Positions 12,113-25,065 of a stretch of DNA of 64,000 nt are shown one piece after another. Positions within the stretch are counted from its first letter, which is position 1; each line of letters begins with the position of its first letter. The stretch comes from Malacoraja senta (Eukaryota), in contig CM075992.1 in assembly GCA_038087875.1 (NCBI GenBank), forward strand, positions 3,536,001-3,600,000. Direction: 5' to 3'. The notes beneath the pieces were generated by a model, which was given only the letters and a program-made list of their open reading frames with translations, had not been told where the DNA came from and made no database searches. Both the position numbers and the translations under genes were made by a program.

Positions 12113-12969
12113 GAGACAAGTTGCTGTGTTTCCTAATATTCCTGTTGAGCAGCCCGACACAGCTGAGGAACTGCTAATGTGTTGCAGTAGTCGAGTATAA
12201 AGTGCACTAGAGTGCAAACTGTCATAGAAGTGGTGGCAAATGTAATACATTTGTATGCCTCCAATGGCTATTGTACTGAGTGTGCTGGCCTTATATGTTT
12301 GGCCTTCCACCTGCACTCGCTCTGCCCGTCTAACACGTGTCTCGTCACTTTGTGCTGCCGCATCGATCAACAACCGTTGCCATTTCTTGCAAGTTTGTGT
12401 TCTTGCTTTGTCTGGAGCCGTGGCCCTCGCATTCATTAAACAGAAAACGCTGCTCTTGATTGGAAACTGGGAAACTATAACGACCCTGGGGAAAATTGTA
12501 CGTTAATCCAAACTTCGGCCATCAAGCCCAGACGATGCTGTTCTGTTTTGAATTGTAACTTTTCCCCTTTATTGACGGTGCCTGCCGTTTTGCAACTTCA
12601 TCCTATACTAAAAGGAAGTGTATGCCAAATTGAGAGGACCGTTTGAAAGTTGTGTTGCCTGCAAGATGCTTGTGACGTGCATACAAGCTAGGACCATGAA
12701 ACCTATTTTAAATTTTTTTTTTTTTAAATGTAGCGATTTGTCACTGAAATCACTTTCCCTTCTGGTTCAGTTCTAATACGTGTTTGTTCATAGATGAATG
12801 TTGTGCAAGAAATGTATCATCTAGTTTGTACAATGTCTTCTTGATCCTGTTTGCATCTGCTCTGCAAACGTCAAAACTCTAGTTGTAGATTGCATGCAAG
12901 AAGGATTTTTGCTGCTATTTTTTTTTTTCTCTCTCTTCCAAAATCTTCAAGTGCTGTCACTTGTTGCAG

Positions 12970-13421
12970 GCATCATGAACGAGGGCGATAAAATGGTGCA
13001 GACTCACTGTGTACCTTGGATAACACCACTGCTCCCACCTATCCTCTCCACAATCTATGAAGCAACAGACTGTGAGGAGAGCAGACTCGAAGAGGACTAT
13101 GAGAGCAAAGATCTTCAGACGCTGGGTCTGCCCTGCCTCGAGCTCATTGAAGATCCCAGCGACAGAGTCTTGTCCTTGCAGATTGAGCCGGTGGAAGTTG
13201 TGCAGCAGCTGATAAACCACACGCTACTTCTGTCCGGAGACGGAGTGATGCTACAAAGCAAGGTAATGGTTGACAAAGCCGAGCTGAGCAAATGGACCGA
13301 TCTTATATCGCCGTTAGATGACTCCACGGCCAGTATCACGTCCGTAACCAGCTTCTCTCCTGAAGACCTCTCCTCTTCACAAGGGGAATGGACGGTGGTA
13401 GAACTGGAGACTCATCATTAG
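12970..13421 (+). CDS. PRR36: Terminal coding exon of PRR36-like gene, DUF4596 C-terminus
   Basis: Acceptor TTGTTGCAG|GC (phase 1); ends ELSKWTDLISPLDDSTASITSVTSFSPEDLSSSQGEWTVVELETHH*, the PRR36/KIAA1107 family C-terminus. 19p13-type neighbours favour PRR36 over BTBD8. Confidence 0.85.
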
Positions 13422-13851
13422 CCAAATGGCATTGCCTGCCTTTTGCATTCTGGCCAGAAATATCATCTAAATTGGATGGCCTGGTGTGATATTTGGAAGG
13501 GTTCAAGTCAGACCAATACCTGATGATCATCTTCCTATGATCTTGCTATTGATGTCACTGGTCTGAGCTATGGGACGGACGTTCTCCAATATGGTAACTT
13601 CCAGGACGAACGTAAAAGGGATTAAATAAAAACAACTAAATTATTCTCATGGGAATGGACCTAAATGCAGCTGCCTATACTTTTAACTTGGATCGGCTTG
13701 TAATGCATTGAAGTAGCTTAATGAACAATATGCAATTCTTTAACTGGAATCTAAATCTTGAAACCCTTCATGATAGTTACAAGAGCTTAGAATAGTCTAC
13801 ACTGGATGTGTTTAAAATTGGTCTTTTGTCTACATTTTTCAGCAAGAGTGA

Positions 13852-14648
13852 AGGGCCTGTCCCACTTACGAGACTTTTCTGCAAACTGTCTGCGACCTTC
13901 AAGCTCGGGGGGCACTCGCCTGAAAAACCGCGAGCTGGATCGACCTTCAGCGCCACACACGCGCACACACACACACGCACACACACTGCAAAGGCGGGGG
14001 CCAGGGAAAGCGGGGGAGCGCTGTCTGAAATTCACACTGTGCAAAGCCAAGGTGATCCCCGCGATGAACAGGAAGGTTAAAGACGGCTAGCACAGTGTAC
14101 GGTAAGTCCTTTAAAAGAGCGAGGTGGGGGGGGGAGAGAAGGGGAGGGGGGGGAAAGGGGCCAGACAACTTTTAATAAGCCAGAGATACACAGCTGTGAA
14201 GTTTAGCGGGCATTTAACATAACCGGTCGGTTTTTCCTTGGTTCTGAAAACTCGTGCTTAAGTTGTTTTTTTTTCCCCAATGAGCCAATGCCCGGTCAGC
14301 GAAGGAGATTTCCTACGGCTACCTCGACTACGTACAACGACATGGCGACCCCACTACCACTGCGCTACGAGTTCAAAAGTATCGATTTTCTCCATGCCGA
14401 CCAATTTTTGCTCGCAGAAAATGCTCAACATGTCGTAGGTGGTCTCTGGTGAAGTCTCCTTCATGGTCGAGAGGAGTTCCCGCATAGCGGCCTCTGACTG
14501 AGGCCGCGAGTAGTAACCGCTATGCGGGAACTCCTCTCGACCATCACCAGAGACCACCTACGACCATGTGTCGACCATGCTGTGAGCTTGTGGCAAGCGC
14601 AGACTCTCATAAACTCGCCAATAAGGTCACCATAGTGGGACAGGCCCA
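13852..14648. mobile_element. PIF/Harbinger-like MITE in the presumed PRR36 3' UTR
   Basis: AGGGCCTGTCCCACT...AGTGGGACAGGCCC TIRs; TGA/TAA flanks; CpG-rich interior without a transposase ORF. Confidence 0.8.
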
Positions 14649-17600
14649 TAACTGTATTTGCTCAGGGTGGTGCCATTTGAAGTCTGAAATTTTGGATGGG
14701 AGCAGATGACTCGAATAGATTTTTTTTTAAAATTAATTGCGTAACCTGTGAATCTGCTCTCTCTGACTGCACTGTTTTTTGAAGTTTAAGTTGACTTTCC
14801 CTTCAGTAGTACTATTTGTCAAACTTTTTGTATTAAATGCTGCTTTCTATTTCAGTGGCTCTGTTATGGATGCTGGACTGGAGTGGAATTTGAGTTTTCT
14901 TTCTAAGTTTGAGTGGAGCTGCATTTATCCTTTGGCTGCGAGGTCTCTTGCCTAAAGTGGTGCTTTATTTAGATTCAATGTCTTGAAGCCATGACGTACC
15001 TGCCTTTTGTGGCCAGTTCGGTTTGCGTTCGCCAAATGAGGTCTCTTTGGACGTCTCCAAAGAAACAACCTAGCTGGTAATGTTGGGGGGGGGGGGGGTT
15101 CCCCAGAAGGTGAACACGAGAAACAAGTGGCCTTTTTGTATCGAGTTAAATGTGCAGGGAAAAATGAAAGTTTAAAATGCAGTAATGCATGCAAATACAA
15201 AGCCTTTATTCTGAGACGACTCAAATTGTCACAACGTTAGTTTGAAGCTGTAGAGATACTGTGTGGCATGTTATGTCAACCAACACAATGCAGTTGTTTG
15301 AATCTGAATATAAATGGACAATGCCGGCTTTCCTGTTGACAGCCTTCCTGTGATTTTGCCTGAATTTTCTTTTTCTTTCCCCTGGCTTTCTACATGCAAG
15401 CTAAAATTTTGGCTTTCAACATGCAGATTACAATGTGTTTGTCCAATCTGAAGCTGGTTCTGTTGAGATGAGTGGTGATGATGATAATATCTGATTTGTC
15501 AGTCAGAAGGAGTTATGTCCATCACTTGTCCAACCAGAGTTAACTTACATGGAGTTTTACATGGGGTCAGTATATGCTGCCACATAGCTGAGGATACACT
15601 TGCTAATCGTGGGTTATTGCTGTCATCTATGCTGCATGAAGCTGACGTCTAATGTGTGAACACAAATTGGTTTTATTTGTTAATTTCCAGCATGTTTTTA
15701 ATGACTTGTAGAATTCTGAAACCAAACTGCATCCCGAAGTATTCCCAAAAAGCTTTGGATATTACTGTGCTGTATTCCCCCTTTTTTGGGGGGGAGTCGG
15801 GAGGACTGTGTCTATGCACTACCTCCCTACCTGTCTACAACTTGGAGATTGCTGTTTACATTAAAGTTATAACTGGTTTAATTCCGTTTGTAGTTGTTCA
15901 TTTGTACAAGGAGTGTTGCCAATTTCAAACTCTCTAAATAGCCTTGACCTTAATTGTCCTGCATTAGCAAATGTTGAACACGATATTCCCAAACTAATAT
16001 CTATCTGGCTTGAATGTTGCTGGTTAATTAACCATCCTTTTGATATGATTGAACTAATTATGCCTTGGCTGATCTTAGTACTTAACCTTCTGTGTATAGC
16101 AGTGAGATTCATAAGACATTGGAGCAGAATTAGGCCATTCAGCCCATCTCAATCGTGGCTTTTTTCCCTCTCTCTCAATCCCATTTTCCTGCCTTCTCCC
16201 TGTAATCTTTGACACCCTTCCCAATGGAGAAGCTATCAATCCCCTCCAAAAAATTAACGTTAAACAATCCACTGGCCCACTCCTAAACCTCTCTGTTTCA
16301 TACAGAAGCAGTGTTGGACAACAATATTGCCTCCATTTCTTATTTGGAGGAAAGGTCCAACTGGAGACATGTGCAAATGTATCCAAGTCTATCTAGCCTT
16401 GTAGAAGCAGAAGGCCTTGCTGTAGAGGGGAACATTTTGCCAAATGGGGAGGTGTGCAAGTAACATTTTGTTTTCTCTCTTAAGCAAGTGAAGTTGCAAG
16501 ATTAATGAGCAAGACTGTGACTGGGGTTTATTACGAGTACCTGGAATAGTTACATCGGCATCTAAGCCATTGTGCAAATTTCTAAAGGGTGTAAATGTGA
16601 ATCTTGACTGTGCACAGAAGATTGCCGAGTAAAACCATGCATGATAGTACAACTGCACATCTTGGGCAGCTTACAGCCCAACGGTATGAACATTGAATCC
16701 TCCAATTTTAAGTAGCCACCAGCAACACCTTATCTTCCCTGCCTCCCACCCTCTCAGACAGCACCCATAGTCGAGATTGAACCCGGGTCTTTGCCGCTGC
16801 AGGGCATCAACTCTACTATGGAGCGAAGGAAATAGGCAACGTTTCAGGCCGAAACGTTGCCTATTTCCTTCGCTCCATAGATGCTGCTGCACCCGCTGAG
16901 TTTCTCCAGCATTTTTGTCTACCTTAGATTTTCCAGCATCTGCAGTTCCTTCTTTAACATCAACTCTACTGTTGTTGTGCTGCTGTGCCACCCTCTGTCC
17001 TTTAGTCTGTGAATAAAACTCCTTTGAGGAAATGAGTTGCATGCTGGCTCCTCTATCTTAAGCTAACTTTGGCTAGGTGCTTTGGTAGGGCCTCCTGTCC
17101 ATCTCTCTTTTTCACACAGAGAGTTGTGAGTCTGTGGAATTCTCTGCCTCAGAGGGCGGTGGAGGCAGGTTCTCTGGATACTTTCAAGAGAGAGCTAGAT
17201 AGGGCTCTTAAAGATAGTGGGGTCAGGGGATATGGGGAGAAGGCAGGAACGGGGTACAGATTGGGGATGATCAGCCATGATCACATTGAATGGCGGTGCT
17301 GGCACGAAGGGCCGAATGGCCTACTCCTGCACCTATTGTCTATTGGCACACAAGTATCCCTTTCATCTTCCGAAATAGAATATCTGAAAATTGGTCTTGC
17401 CACATGCCTTCCATTGTGCGTGCCTCTCCACACTAGCCATTATCAACTCTTTATTTATTTTTTTGTCCTAAAATTGTTTTGGTCAAAGTGTTAAAACAGG
17501 TCACCATCTTGCCCCAATCTTGGAGAATGCTACATATGAACTGTGAAGTGGCTGCTGAGGACTGGGGGAAGATGGAGAAAGGACCTCCAGGTGGGTATGA

Positions 17601-18474
17601 AGCACCAGGATAGCATGTGGTTCAAGACCCTGGAGGCCAGGCGCCAACGGCAACAGCAACACACTCCCCAATCCAACGTCCAGAGACCACATCACCTGTG
17701 GGAGGGTCGGCCCGCCAAGGATCGGCCTAGTCAACCACAGCAGGAGATGCAACCACAGATGAAACACAACGTCAACGCCGCAACATCATCTCAAATCTCA
17801 ACGTATCTCAAATCTCACTGTACCAATTGTTGCATGTGACAATAAACATAACTTGAACTTGAATCCTCCCTCACAGATGTGCAGGAAGGAACTGCAGATG
17901 CTGGTTCAAATCAAAGATAGACACAAAATGCCCGAGTAACTCAGCGGGACAGGCAGCATCTCTGGAGAGAAGGAATGGGTGACGTTTTGGGTCAAGAAGG
18001 GTCTCGACCCGAAACGTCACCCATTCCTTCTCTCTAGAGATGCTGCTTGTCCCGCTGAGTTTTACTCCAGCATTTTGTGTCCAAATTCCTTGCAGACAGC
18101 CGGATGCCAACAACGACGTTACACTTGAACAATCAAAGCAAGGTCTCCAAGTATTCCAAATCCATGTTGGTTGGTGTCTTCAGGAAGAATGTCCCTAATC
18201 ATGAATTCTACCCTCCAACAGTGATCCTCTGTACACCATGTACAAGTTTTAATCTGCAATGCCTGTTGAAATTGTGATTTAACAATGTAAACCGTTACTT
18301 CAATCAAAATCATTTAATACTTGTTTATAGGGACTGGCACTGTCATTTGATAGTCTGAATTGTAAGTGTTCTGCATATTTTACCCCCCCCCCATCTTTGC
18401 TCACACACTTGAGGTTGACCAGCATCCATTCCAGGGAGAGTTGAGCATTGGCCAGAGCTGCCCCCAAGGCCAAG

Positions 18475-18727
18475 TCAACTTGTAAAAGCATCTGTGCTGA
18501 GCCCATCTGAAACAACTTGGCAGGTAGTGGCGGACTCCAGGTGACCCAGGACCTGCAGGTAAGGGAATGCTTTTGGTTTTGAGGAGGAGCAGTTCCCAGG
18601 GACGCTGGCATCCCGCCGACTCATCAGGATGTCCACCAGGAGGTCTGTGGCAGCGATCTGTGTTGGTTCTTCAAACCCAATGGTGACCAGGAGCTCGTAG
18701 TCTCCACGGGGTTGTTTGTAGAGAAAC
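18475..18727 (-). CDS. C19orf67: C19orf67/UPF0575 (DUF3314)-like, last coding exon
   Basis: Acceptor TTCCAG|G; (W)[34 protein letters not shown] resembles recalled human C19orf67 [35 protein letters not shown]; TGA at 18477-18475. Confidence 0.85.
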
Positions 18728-20840
18728 CTGGAACCAGAGGAACGCGTCAATCGCACGGACATTTATTTCCAGAACCTCTCCAGTCACACCTTTGGCTTAT
18801 TGTCACGTGTATCGAGGTACAGCGAAACGCTTTTGTTGCGTGCTATCCAGTCAGCGGAAAGACTATACGTGATCCAGAACAAGGGGTCACAGTTTAAGGA
18901 TAAGGGGAAGTCTTTTAGGACCGAGATGAGAAAATCATTTTTTACACAGAGAGTGGTGAATCTGTGGAATTCTCTGCCACAGAAGGTAGTTGAGGCCAGT
19001 TCATTGGCTATATTTAAGAGGGAGTTAGATGTGGCCCTTGTGGCTAAAGGGATCAGGGGGTATGGAGAGAAGGCAGGTACGGGATACTGAGTTGGATGAT
19101 CAGCCATGATCATATTGAATGGTGGTGCAGGCTCGAAGGGCCGAATGGCCTACTCCTGCACCTATTTTCTATGTTTCTATGATTACAATACAGCATGTAG
19201 ATACATGATGAGGGAATACCATAGTTCTTTCGCTGAACATTTTTGGAAAGCTATTCATTACCAATGAAGGTGCAAGAACCGACCATCCAGCTGGTTGGGG
19301 GAGTCCCGAACCAAGGGCCACAGTTTAAGAATAAGGGGTAAGACATTTAGAACGGAGACGAGGAAACACTTTTTCTCACAGAGAGTTGTGAGTCTGTGGA
19401 ATTCTCTGCCTCAGAGGGCGGTGGAGGCCGGTTCTCTCGATGCTTTCAAGAGAGAGCTAGATAGGGCTCTTAAAGATAGCGGAGTCAGGGGTTATGGGGA
19501 GAAGGCAGGAACGGGGTACTGATTGGGGATGATCACATTGAATGGCGGTGCTGGTTTGAAGGGCCGAATGGCCTACTCCTGCACCTATTGTCTATTGATC
19601 ATGCCTAGTTTTTGTAAACTGGCCATTTTATTTACTTTCCTTCCCCCCACCCCCCCCCCCTCCACAAAGGAGCGAGATGATCTGATCCCCAGTTGAGATG
19701 TAGGAACCTTTGATGGATACAAAGTGCTGGAGTAACTCAGCAGGTCAGGCAGCATCTCTGGGGGGGGGGGGGGGAAGGGAAGAAGGGATGGGTGGCGTTT
19801 TGGGTAGGGACCCTACAACAAGTAGTAACTAATGTCCTGAGTTAACGCTTTGGCCAAAGAACTTGCCTGACTGAAGAACTCTTGGTGTTTTGGTGAAGTG
19901 TTGTGCAAGATTTTTGTGTGCTCCTCACTCTGGAGTGGGAATTGGACTCCGATTACTTGTCCTGATCTTTATAAGCCAGGCCATGGCTGCTCCTGCTTGC
20001 CTGATTTCAGTCTACCTGGAGAAGTAGGAGCAAGCAGGGCTGGACATTTAGGCTGCCACCCCTCCAACTCGAGGGGTCGGGACCCTTCTTCAAACTGAAT
20101 GTAGGGGGGGGGGAGAGGAGCTGGAGGCAAGAAAAGGCCAGAACAAAGCAGGGCCGGCAACTGATGACCACAGAAAGGGTGGAGCCCACAATGGCCCATT
20201 GTTGGCTGGGGAAGAGGTGACAACGAAGGGAGACCAGGATGCAAACAGTGGAACTCATAGGGCGTACAAGGATGCGGACAGAGGCAATGTCATGCTAGCC
20301 CCACTGTTCACATGTTATCACCTCTGCCCCAGCCAACAATGGGCCATTATGGGCTCCACCCTTACTTGGCCATCTGTTGCCGGCCCTGCGTTGTCTGGGT
20401 CTTTCCTTTCCTCTACTTTCAGTCTGAAGAAAGGTCCTGACCTGAAACGTCACCCATCCTTTTTTTTTTTCTCCGGAGATGCTGCCTGACCCGCTAAGAA
20501 GGGTGTCGGCCCGAAACGTTGCCTATTTCCTTCGCTCCATAGATGCTGCTGCACCCGCTGAGTTTCTCCAGCACTTTTGTCTACCTTACTCCAGCACTCC
20601 GTGTCTACGTTCAATGGAGATGTGGGGTAAGGGAAGATAGTTGTGAGAGGACAATTAGTAAATATGACACTAGGGTGGAATGGAAGGGGAGTTGTGAACA
20701 TTAGTAGTGACCAGAGTAATGTTATTGCTCTGTTTAATTGATGCTGGTCAAATGCCACCTTTTTAACTGCTGCATTTCATGTGGAGAAGGTCATTATAGA
20801 GCACTTGATTATTGTTCAACACGACTTGTTGATGTGTATG

Positions 20841-22190
20841 GGATAGCAGCACATTTGGAAAGTGGTGAAATCATTGGACAAAGTCAGCATGGATTTACGA
20901 AAGGTAAATCATGTCTGACGAATCTTATAGAATTTTTCGAGGATGTAACTAGCAGCGTGGATAGGGGAGAACCAGTGGATGTGTTGTATCTGGACTTTCA
21001 GAAGGCTTTCGACAAGGTACCACATAAGAGATTAGTATACAAACTTAAAGCACACGGTATTGGGGGTTCAGTATTGATGTGGATAGAGAACTGGCTGGCA
21101 AACAGGAAGCAAAGAGTAGGAGTAAACGGGTCCTTTTCACAATGGCAGGCAGTGACTAGTGGGGTACCGCAAGGCTCAGTGCTGGGACCCCAGCTATTTA
21201 CAATTTCTATTAATGAACTGGATGAGGGAATTGAAGGCAACATCTCCAAGTTTGCGGATGACACTAAGCTGGGGGGCAGTGTTAGCTGAAAGGAGGATGC
21301 TAGGAGACTGCAAGGTGACTTGGATAGGCTGGGTGAGTGGGCAAATGTTTGGCAGATGCAGTATAATGTGGATCAATGTGAGGTTATCCACTTTGGTGGC
21401 AAAAACAGGAAAGCAGACTATTATCTAAATGGTGGCCGATTAGGAAAAGGGGAGATGCAACGAGACCTGGGTGTCATGGTACACCAGTCATTGAAAGTAG
21501 GCATGCAGGTGCAGCAGGCAGTGAAGAAAGCGAATGGTATGTTAGCTTTCATAGCAAAAGGATTTGAGTATAGGAGCAGGGAGGTTCTACTGCAGTTGTA
21601 CAGGGTCTTGGTGAGACCACACCTGGAGTATTGCGTACAGTTTTGGTCTCCAAATCTGAGGAAGGACATTATAGCCATAGAGGGCGTGCAGAGAAGGTTC
21701 ACCAGACTGATTCCTGGGATGTCGGGACTTTCATATGAAGAAAGACTGGATAGACTCGGCTTGTACTCGCTAGAATTTAGAAGATTGAGGGGGGATCTTA
21801 TAGAAACTTACAAGATTCTTAAGGGGTTGGACAGGCTAGATGCAGGAAGATTGTTCCCGATGTTGGAGAAGTCCAGAACGCGGGGTCACAGTTTAAGGAT
21901 AAAGGGGAAATCTTTTAGGACCGAGATGAGAAAATCATTTTTCACACAGAGAGTGGTGAAGCTGTGGAATTCTCTGCCACAGAAGGTAGTTGAGGCCAGT
22001 TCATTGGCTATAGCTATATTTAAGAGGGAGTTAGATGTGGCCCTTGTGGCTAAAGGGATCAGGGGGTATGGAGAGAAGGCAGGTACAGGATACTGAGTTG
22101 GATGATCAGCCATGATCATATTGAATGGCGGTGCAGGCTCGAAGGGCCGAATGGCCTACTCCTGCACCTATTGTCTATGTTTCTATGTAT
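20841..22190 (+). mobile_element. CR1 LINE, 5'-truncated, ~1.35 kb of RT domain with nonsense codon
   Basis: [44 protein letters not shown] motifs; in-frame TGA at ~21287; 3' tail. Confidence 0.95.
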
Positions 22191-22586
22191 GTGACTCCAG
22201 CTCCACATTGCAGGCCTACTTGTGCCAGACCAACTTGGAGGGGCATCTTTTTAAAGGATTAATGAATCAATAAATGTTGTGGGTTTGTTAATAGCAACAC
22301 TTTTATAATATTGAAGTTAATGTCACCAGCTGCACCAAAGGTCCACTTATTGTCACGAATACCAATTAAGGTACAGGGAAACTGGAATTGCCTTCAATGC
22401 CTTAGAGAAACTTATAAAAAGGACTGGACAAGCTAGATGCAGGAAAAAATGTTCCCAATGTTGGGCGAGTCCAGAACCAGGGGCCACAGTCTTAGAATGA
22501 AGGGGAGGTCATTTAAGACTAAGGTGAGAAAAAACTTTTTCACCCAGAGAGTTGTGAATTTGTGGAATTCCCTGCCACAGAGGGCT

Positions 22587-22720
22587 TCTTCTTTTGTGTG
22601 GCGTGCACAGCCTAAAGTTGTGGGACAACTTGTTCTATTTGATCTTCTGTTTGTGCACGTCGAGTTGATTGCATTAGTCGAAACAGGGCGGACCATGTGA
22701 AGGTTGCAATCTTCCACCCC
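22587..22720 (-). mobile_element. Short ribozyme-headed retroposon, copy 1
   Basis: 5' GGGGTGGAAG..., 3' AAAAGAAGA tail; 11-bp TSD CACAGAGGGCT at 22576-22586 and 22722-22732. Confidence 0.85.
22667..22720 (-). ncRNA. Minimal HDV-like ribozyme (L3 variant UUCACAU)
   Basis: P1 GGGGUGG/CCGCCCU, P2 GAUUGCA/UGCAAUC, P3 ACC/GGU, J4/2 CUAA; one G-to-A change in L3 relative to copy 3. Confidence 0.7.
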
Positions 22721-22992
22721 TCACAGAGGGCTGCGGAGGCCAAGTCACTGGATAGATTTAAGAGAGAGTTAGATAGAGCTCTAGAGGCTAGTGGAGTCAA
22801 GGGATATGGGGAGAAGGCAGGCACGGGTTATTGATTGGGGATGATCACAATGAATGGCGGTGCTGGCTCGAAGGGCTGAATGGCCTCCTCCTGCACCTAT
22901 TTTCTATGTAAACCAGCATCTGCAGTTCCTTCCTACATGTTACTTAAATATATTTTCCATCTTTTTTTTCAATGCACAATAAGAATAGTTAC

Positions 22993-23151
22993 CAGCAAAG
23001 GAGGTCTGGTTCCTCTGGGGCTGGTTCTACCTGAACCCAGCGACCGATGGACCACAGTCTCCGGCTCTTGCCTGTAGTCGATGTTCCCGCTTTGGGTCCC
23101 TGTTGCTGGTTGGTCATCACTTGACTTGCCTCCTTGTAACATAGGAAATAA
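22993..23151 (-). CDS. C19orf67: C19orf67-like coding exon 5
   Basis: CTGCAG|T-TAT-TTC.. YFLCYKEAS...RRLWSIGRWVQVEPAPEEPDLLC(W) |GTAACT; 159 nt, phase 2-2. Not shown in the ORF track in this frame. Confidence 0.85.
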
Positions 23152-23218
23152 CTGCAGCGGATGACAATGGGTCAGTGGTGATGGACTGGCAACTCTATCA
23201 GACACGAGCGGTCAAAAC

Positions 23219-23617
23219 CAAAGATCCTATAGCGGAGCAAGATAGACCTCTCCTTCTAAATGCAATGGGCTGACGTGTAGTACGCAGCGGAGCGGAACGT
23301 GGGCCTTTTTTTCATCCATTTCCGTAATCCGACCCGACCCGACCCGACTCGCAGTGTAATCAACGTTGCGGGGGAACAGTTTGTGTTAATAAATTAAAAT
23401 TCTGAAAATGAGGAGAAGATTTTTCCCAAATAACTTTTATTTTTACGAGGATGTTTCCGTAACCGGCTTCCGTCTCCGCACTAGTATCTTTGGGATCTTT
23501 GGTGCGGAGACGGAAGCCGGTTACGGAAATGGGGCCGAAAATTGCCCATGAATCTGCCCATGACCGTACTACGTCTTTTTCGTCGAGTGGACTATCTTGC
23601 TCGCTATAAGATCTTTG
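23219..23617. mobile_element. hAT-type MITE
   Basis: ~28-bp imperfect TIRs CAAAGATCCTATAGCGGAGCAAGATAG / CTATCTTGCTCGCTATAAGATCTTTG; perfect 8-bp TSD GTCAAAAC at 23211-23218 and 23618-23625. Confidence 0.85.
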
Positions 23618-24876
23618 GTCAAAACTCCACTGCCACCCCTGCACCAGAGACTGTCGGATGCTCTACACTAGGAGACATGATCAATCAATCAATCAAATCA
23701 AATCAAAAACTTTATTTGCCATTTGTGCTTACACACATAGGAATTCTTGTGCAGTTGTTCAGAGAGTCAAGTCAAGTCAAGTTAAAAAGACACACAGAAA
23801 AACACATAATCTATAAACTATAAACACATATACTATGATATGTTATGAGGTGGGTCAGGACATCAGTTCATTTTGTTTTGGCCAAGATTGCCATGAATTC
23901 ATGGTGGTAGCAACATCTTTTGGCTTCTTTCCTCCATTGAAACTTGAGCTACAATCTCATCTGCCATGTTTTTTTAATGTTTATCCTGCTGTCATTTTGG
24001 TGGCGGAGGGGGGGGGGGGGGAAGAAAGGGGAGAAATCCTGAAGCATGGGCTATTTATTAAACCCAATAGAGACCAATGGATGGTTTAGGTATTGTCACA
24101 TGCATTGAGGTACGGTGAAAAGCTTCTTTTGCATGCTATCCAAGCAGATGAGAGATATGGTCAAGTCAAACTAAAAGTACAATGGATAGAGCAGCAAAGG
24201 GAAGAGACAGAGTGCAGAATATAGTCATCAGCATCGTAGTGCATCAGTTCCATAGACAAAGCCCAATGATCTCAATAGGGGTTTAAGACCTTTTGACAGG
24301 TGAGACGATGAACCAGAAGCCTTGACCATGGCACTAAAACACCTGGATGGTGTTCCATTGGTTGTGGCATGTTGCAATACAAATTATTGCACTTCCTACA
24401 ATGCCTCTTCACCTCTTGCAGGTGGGATCAGTGGGGCTTTTTTTTCTGGAAACATATTGCTAATTGGGGGTACACAAAAATGCTGGAGAAACTCAGCGGG
24501 TGCAGCAGCATCTATGGAGCGAAGGAAATAGCCAACGTTTCGGGCCGAAACCCTTCTTCAGACTGATCTGCGAAGGAAATACGCAACGTTTCGGGCCGAA
24601 ACCCTTCTTCAGACTGATTTATTGCTAATTGGGGATGGGCATGGGTTTGGCAACACTCCACTAAACGGTTTGCAAGAAAATAATTTCAGTGTGCAGTTGC
24701 CCTTCATACATGCGACAATAACAGCAACATTGAGTGACAGTGGGGAATTCATTGACTGGGGAGAGTTTGGCCCAGCTAGAGTTTCCAAAAGTGGTCATGA
24801 AACACAAGTCACCCTTTGTACATGAGCCCTCCAGCTAGTATCGGCTGACCTGAAGCCTCCCTTTACACACACTTAC

Positions 24877-25065
24877 TACTCCGTGCTGGGTTCAGTTGCA
24901 TCTCCAAAGGGCGTCCCTTCGCTTGTGTCCACGTTCCAGCGGATTTTCTTGAAGAGCAGGCTTGGCTCCCTCGCCACCGTGTATGGGACTGGCATGCAGT
25001 ATCGATAGATGGAGACGCGAAACCACTGGCCTAGGCGGAACTCTCCTCTGTAGAAGTAGGAGATG
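24877..25065 (-). CDS. C19orf67: C19orf67-like coding exon 4
   Basis: TTTCCAG|C-ATC.. ISYFYRGEFRLGQWFRVSIYRYCMPVPYTVAREPSLLFKKIRWNVD...STE(Y) |GTAAGT; 189 nt, phase 2-2. Confidence 0.85.

Larger units (their letters stand above)
22405..22908 (+). mobile_element. CR1 LINE 3' fragment hosting a ribozyme-headed retroposon
   Basis: FFTQRVVNLWNSLPQRA is interrupted at 22586 and resumes at 22722. Confidence 0.85.

Noticed and set aside
18552..18565. Strong + strand donor CAG|GTAAGG inside the last C19orf67 exon, suggesting an antisense transcript
   Set aside because: A single motif with no matching exon structure; expected by chance.
20738..22096. Functional reverse transcriptase gene
   Set aside because: 5'-truncated CR1 with an in-frame stop and no endonuclease or ORF1; the same applies to 31594-33035.
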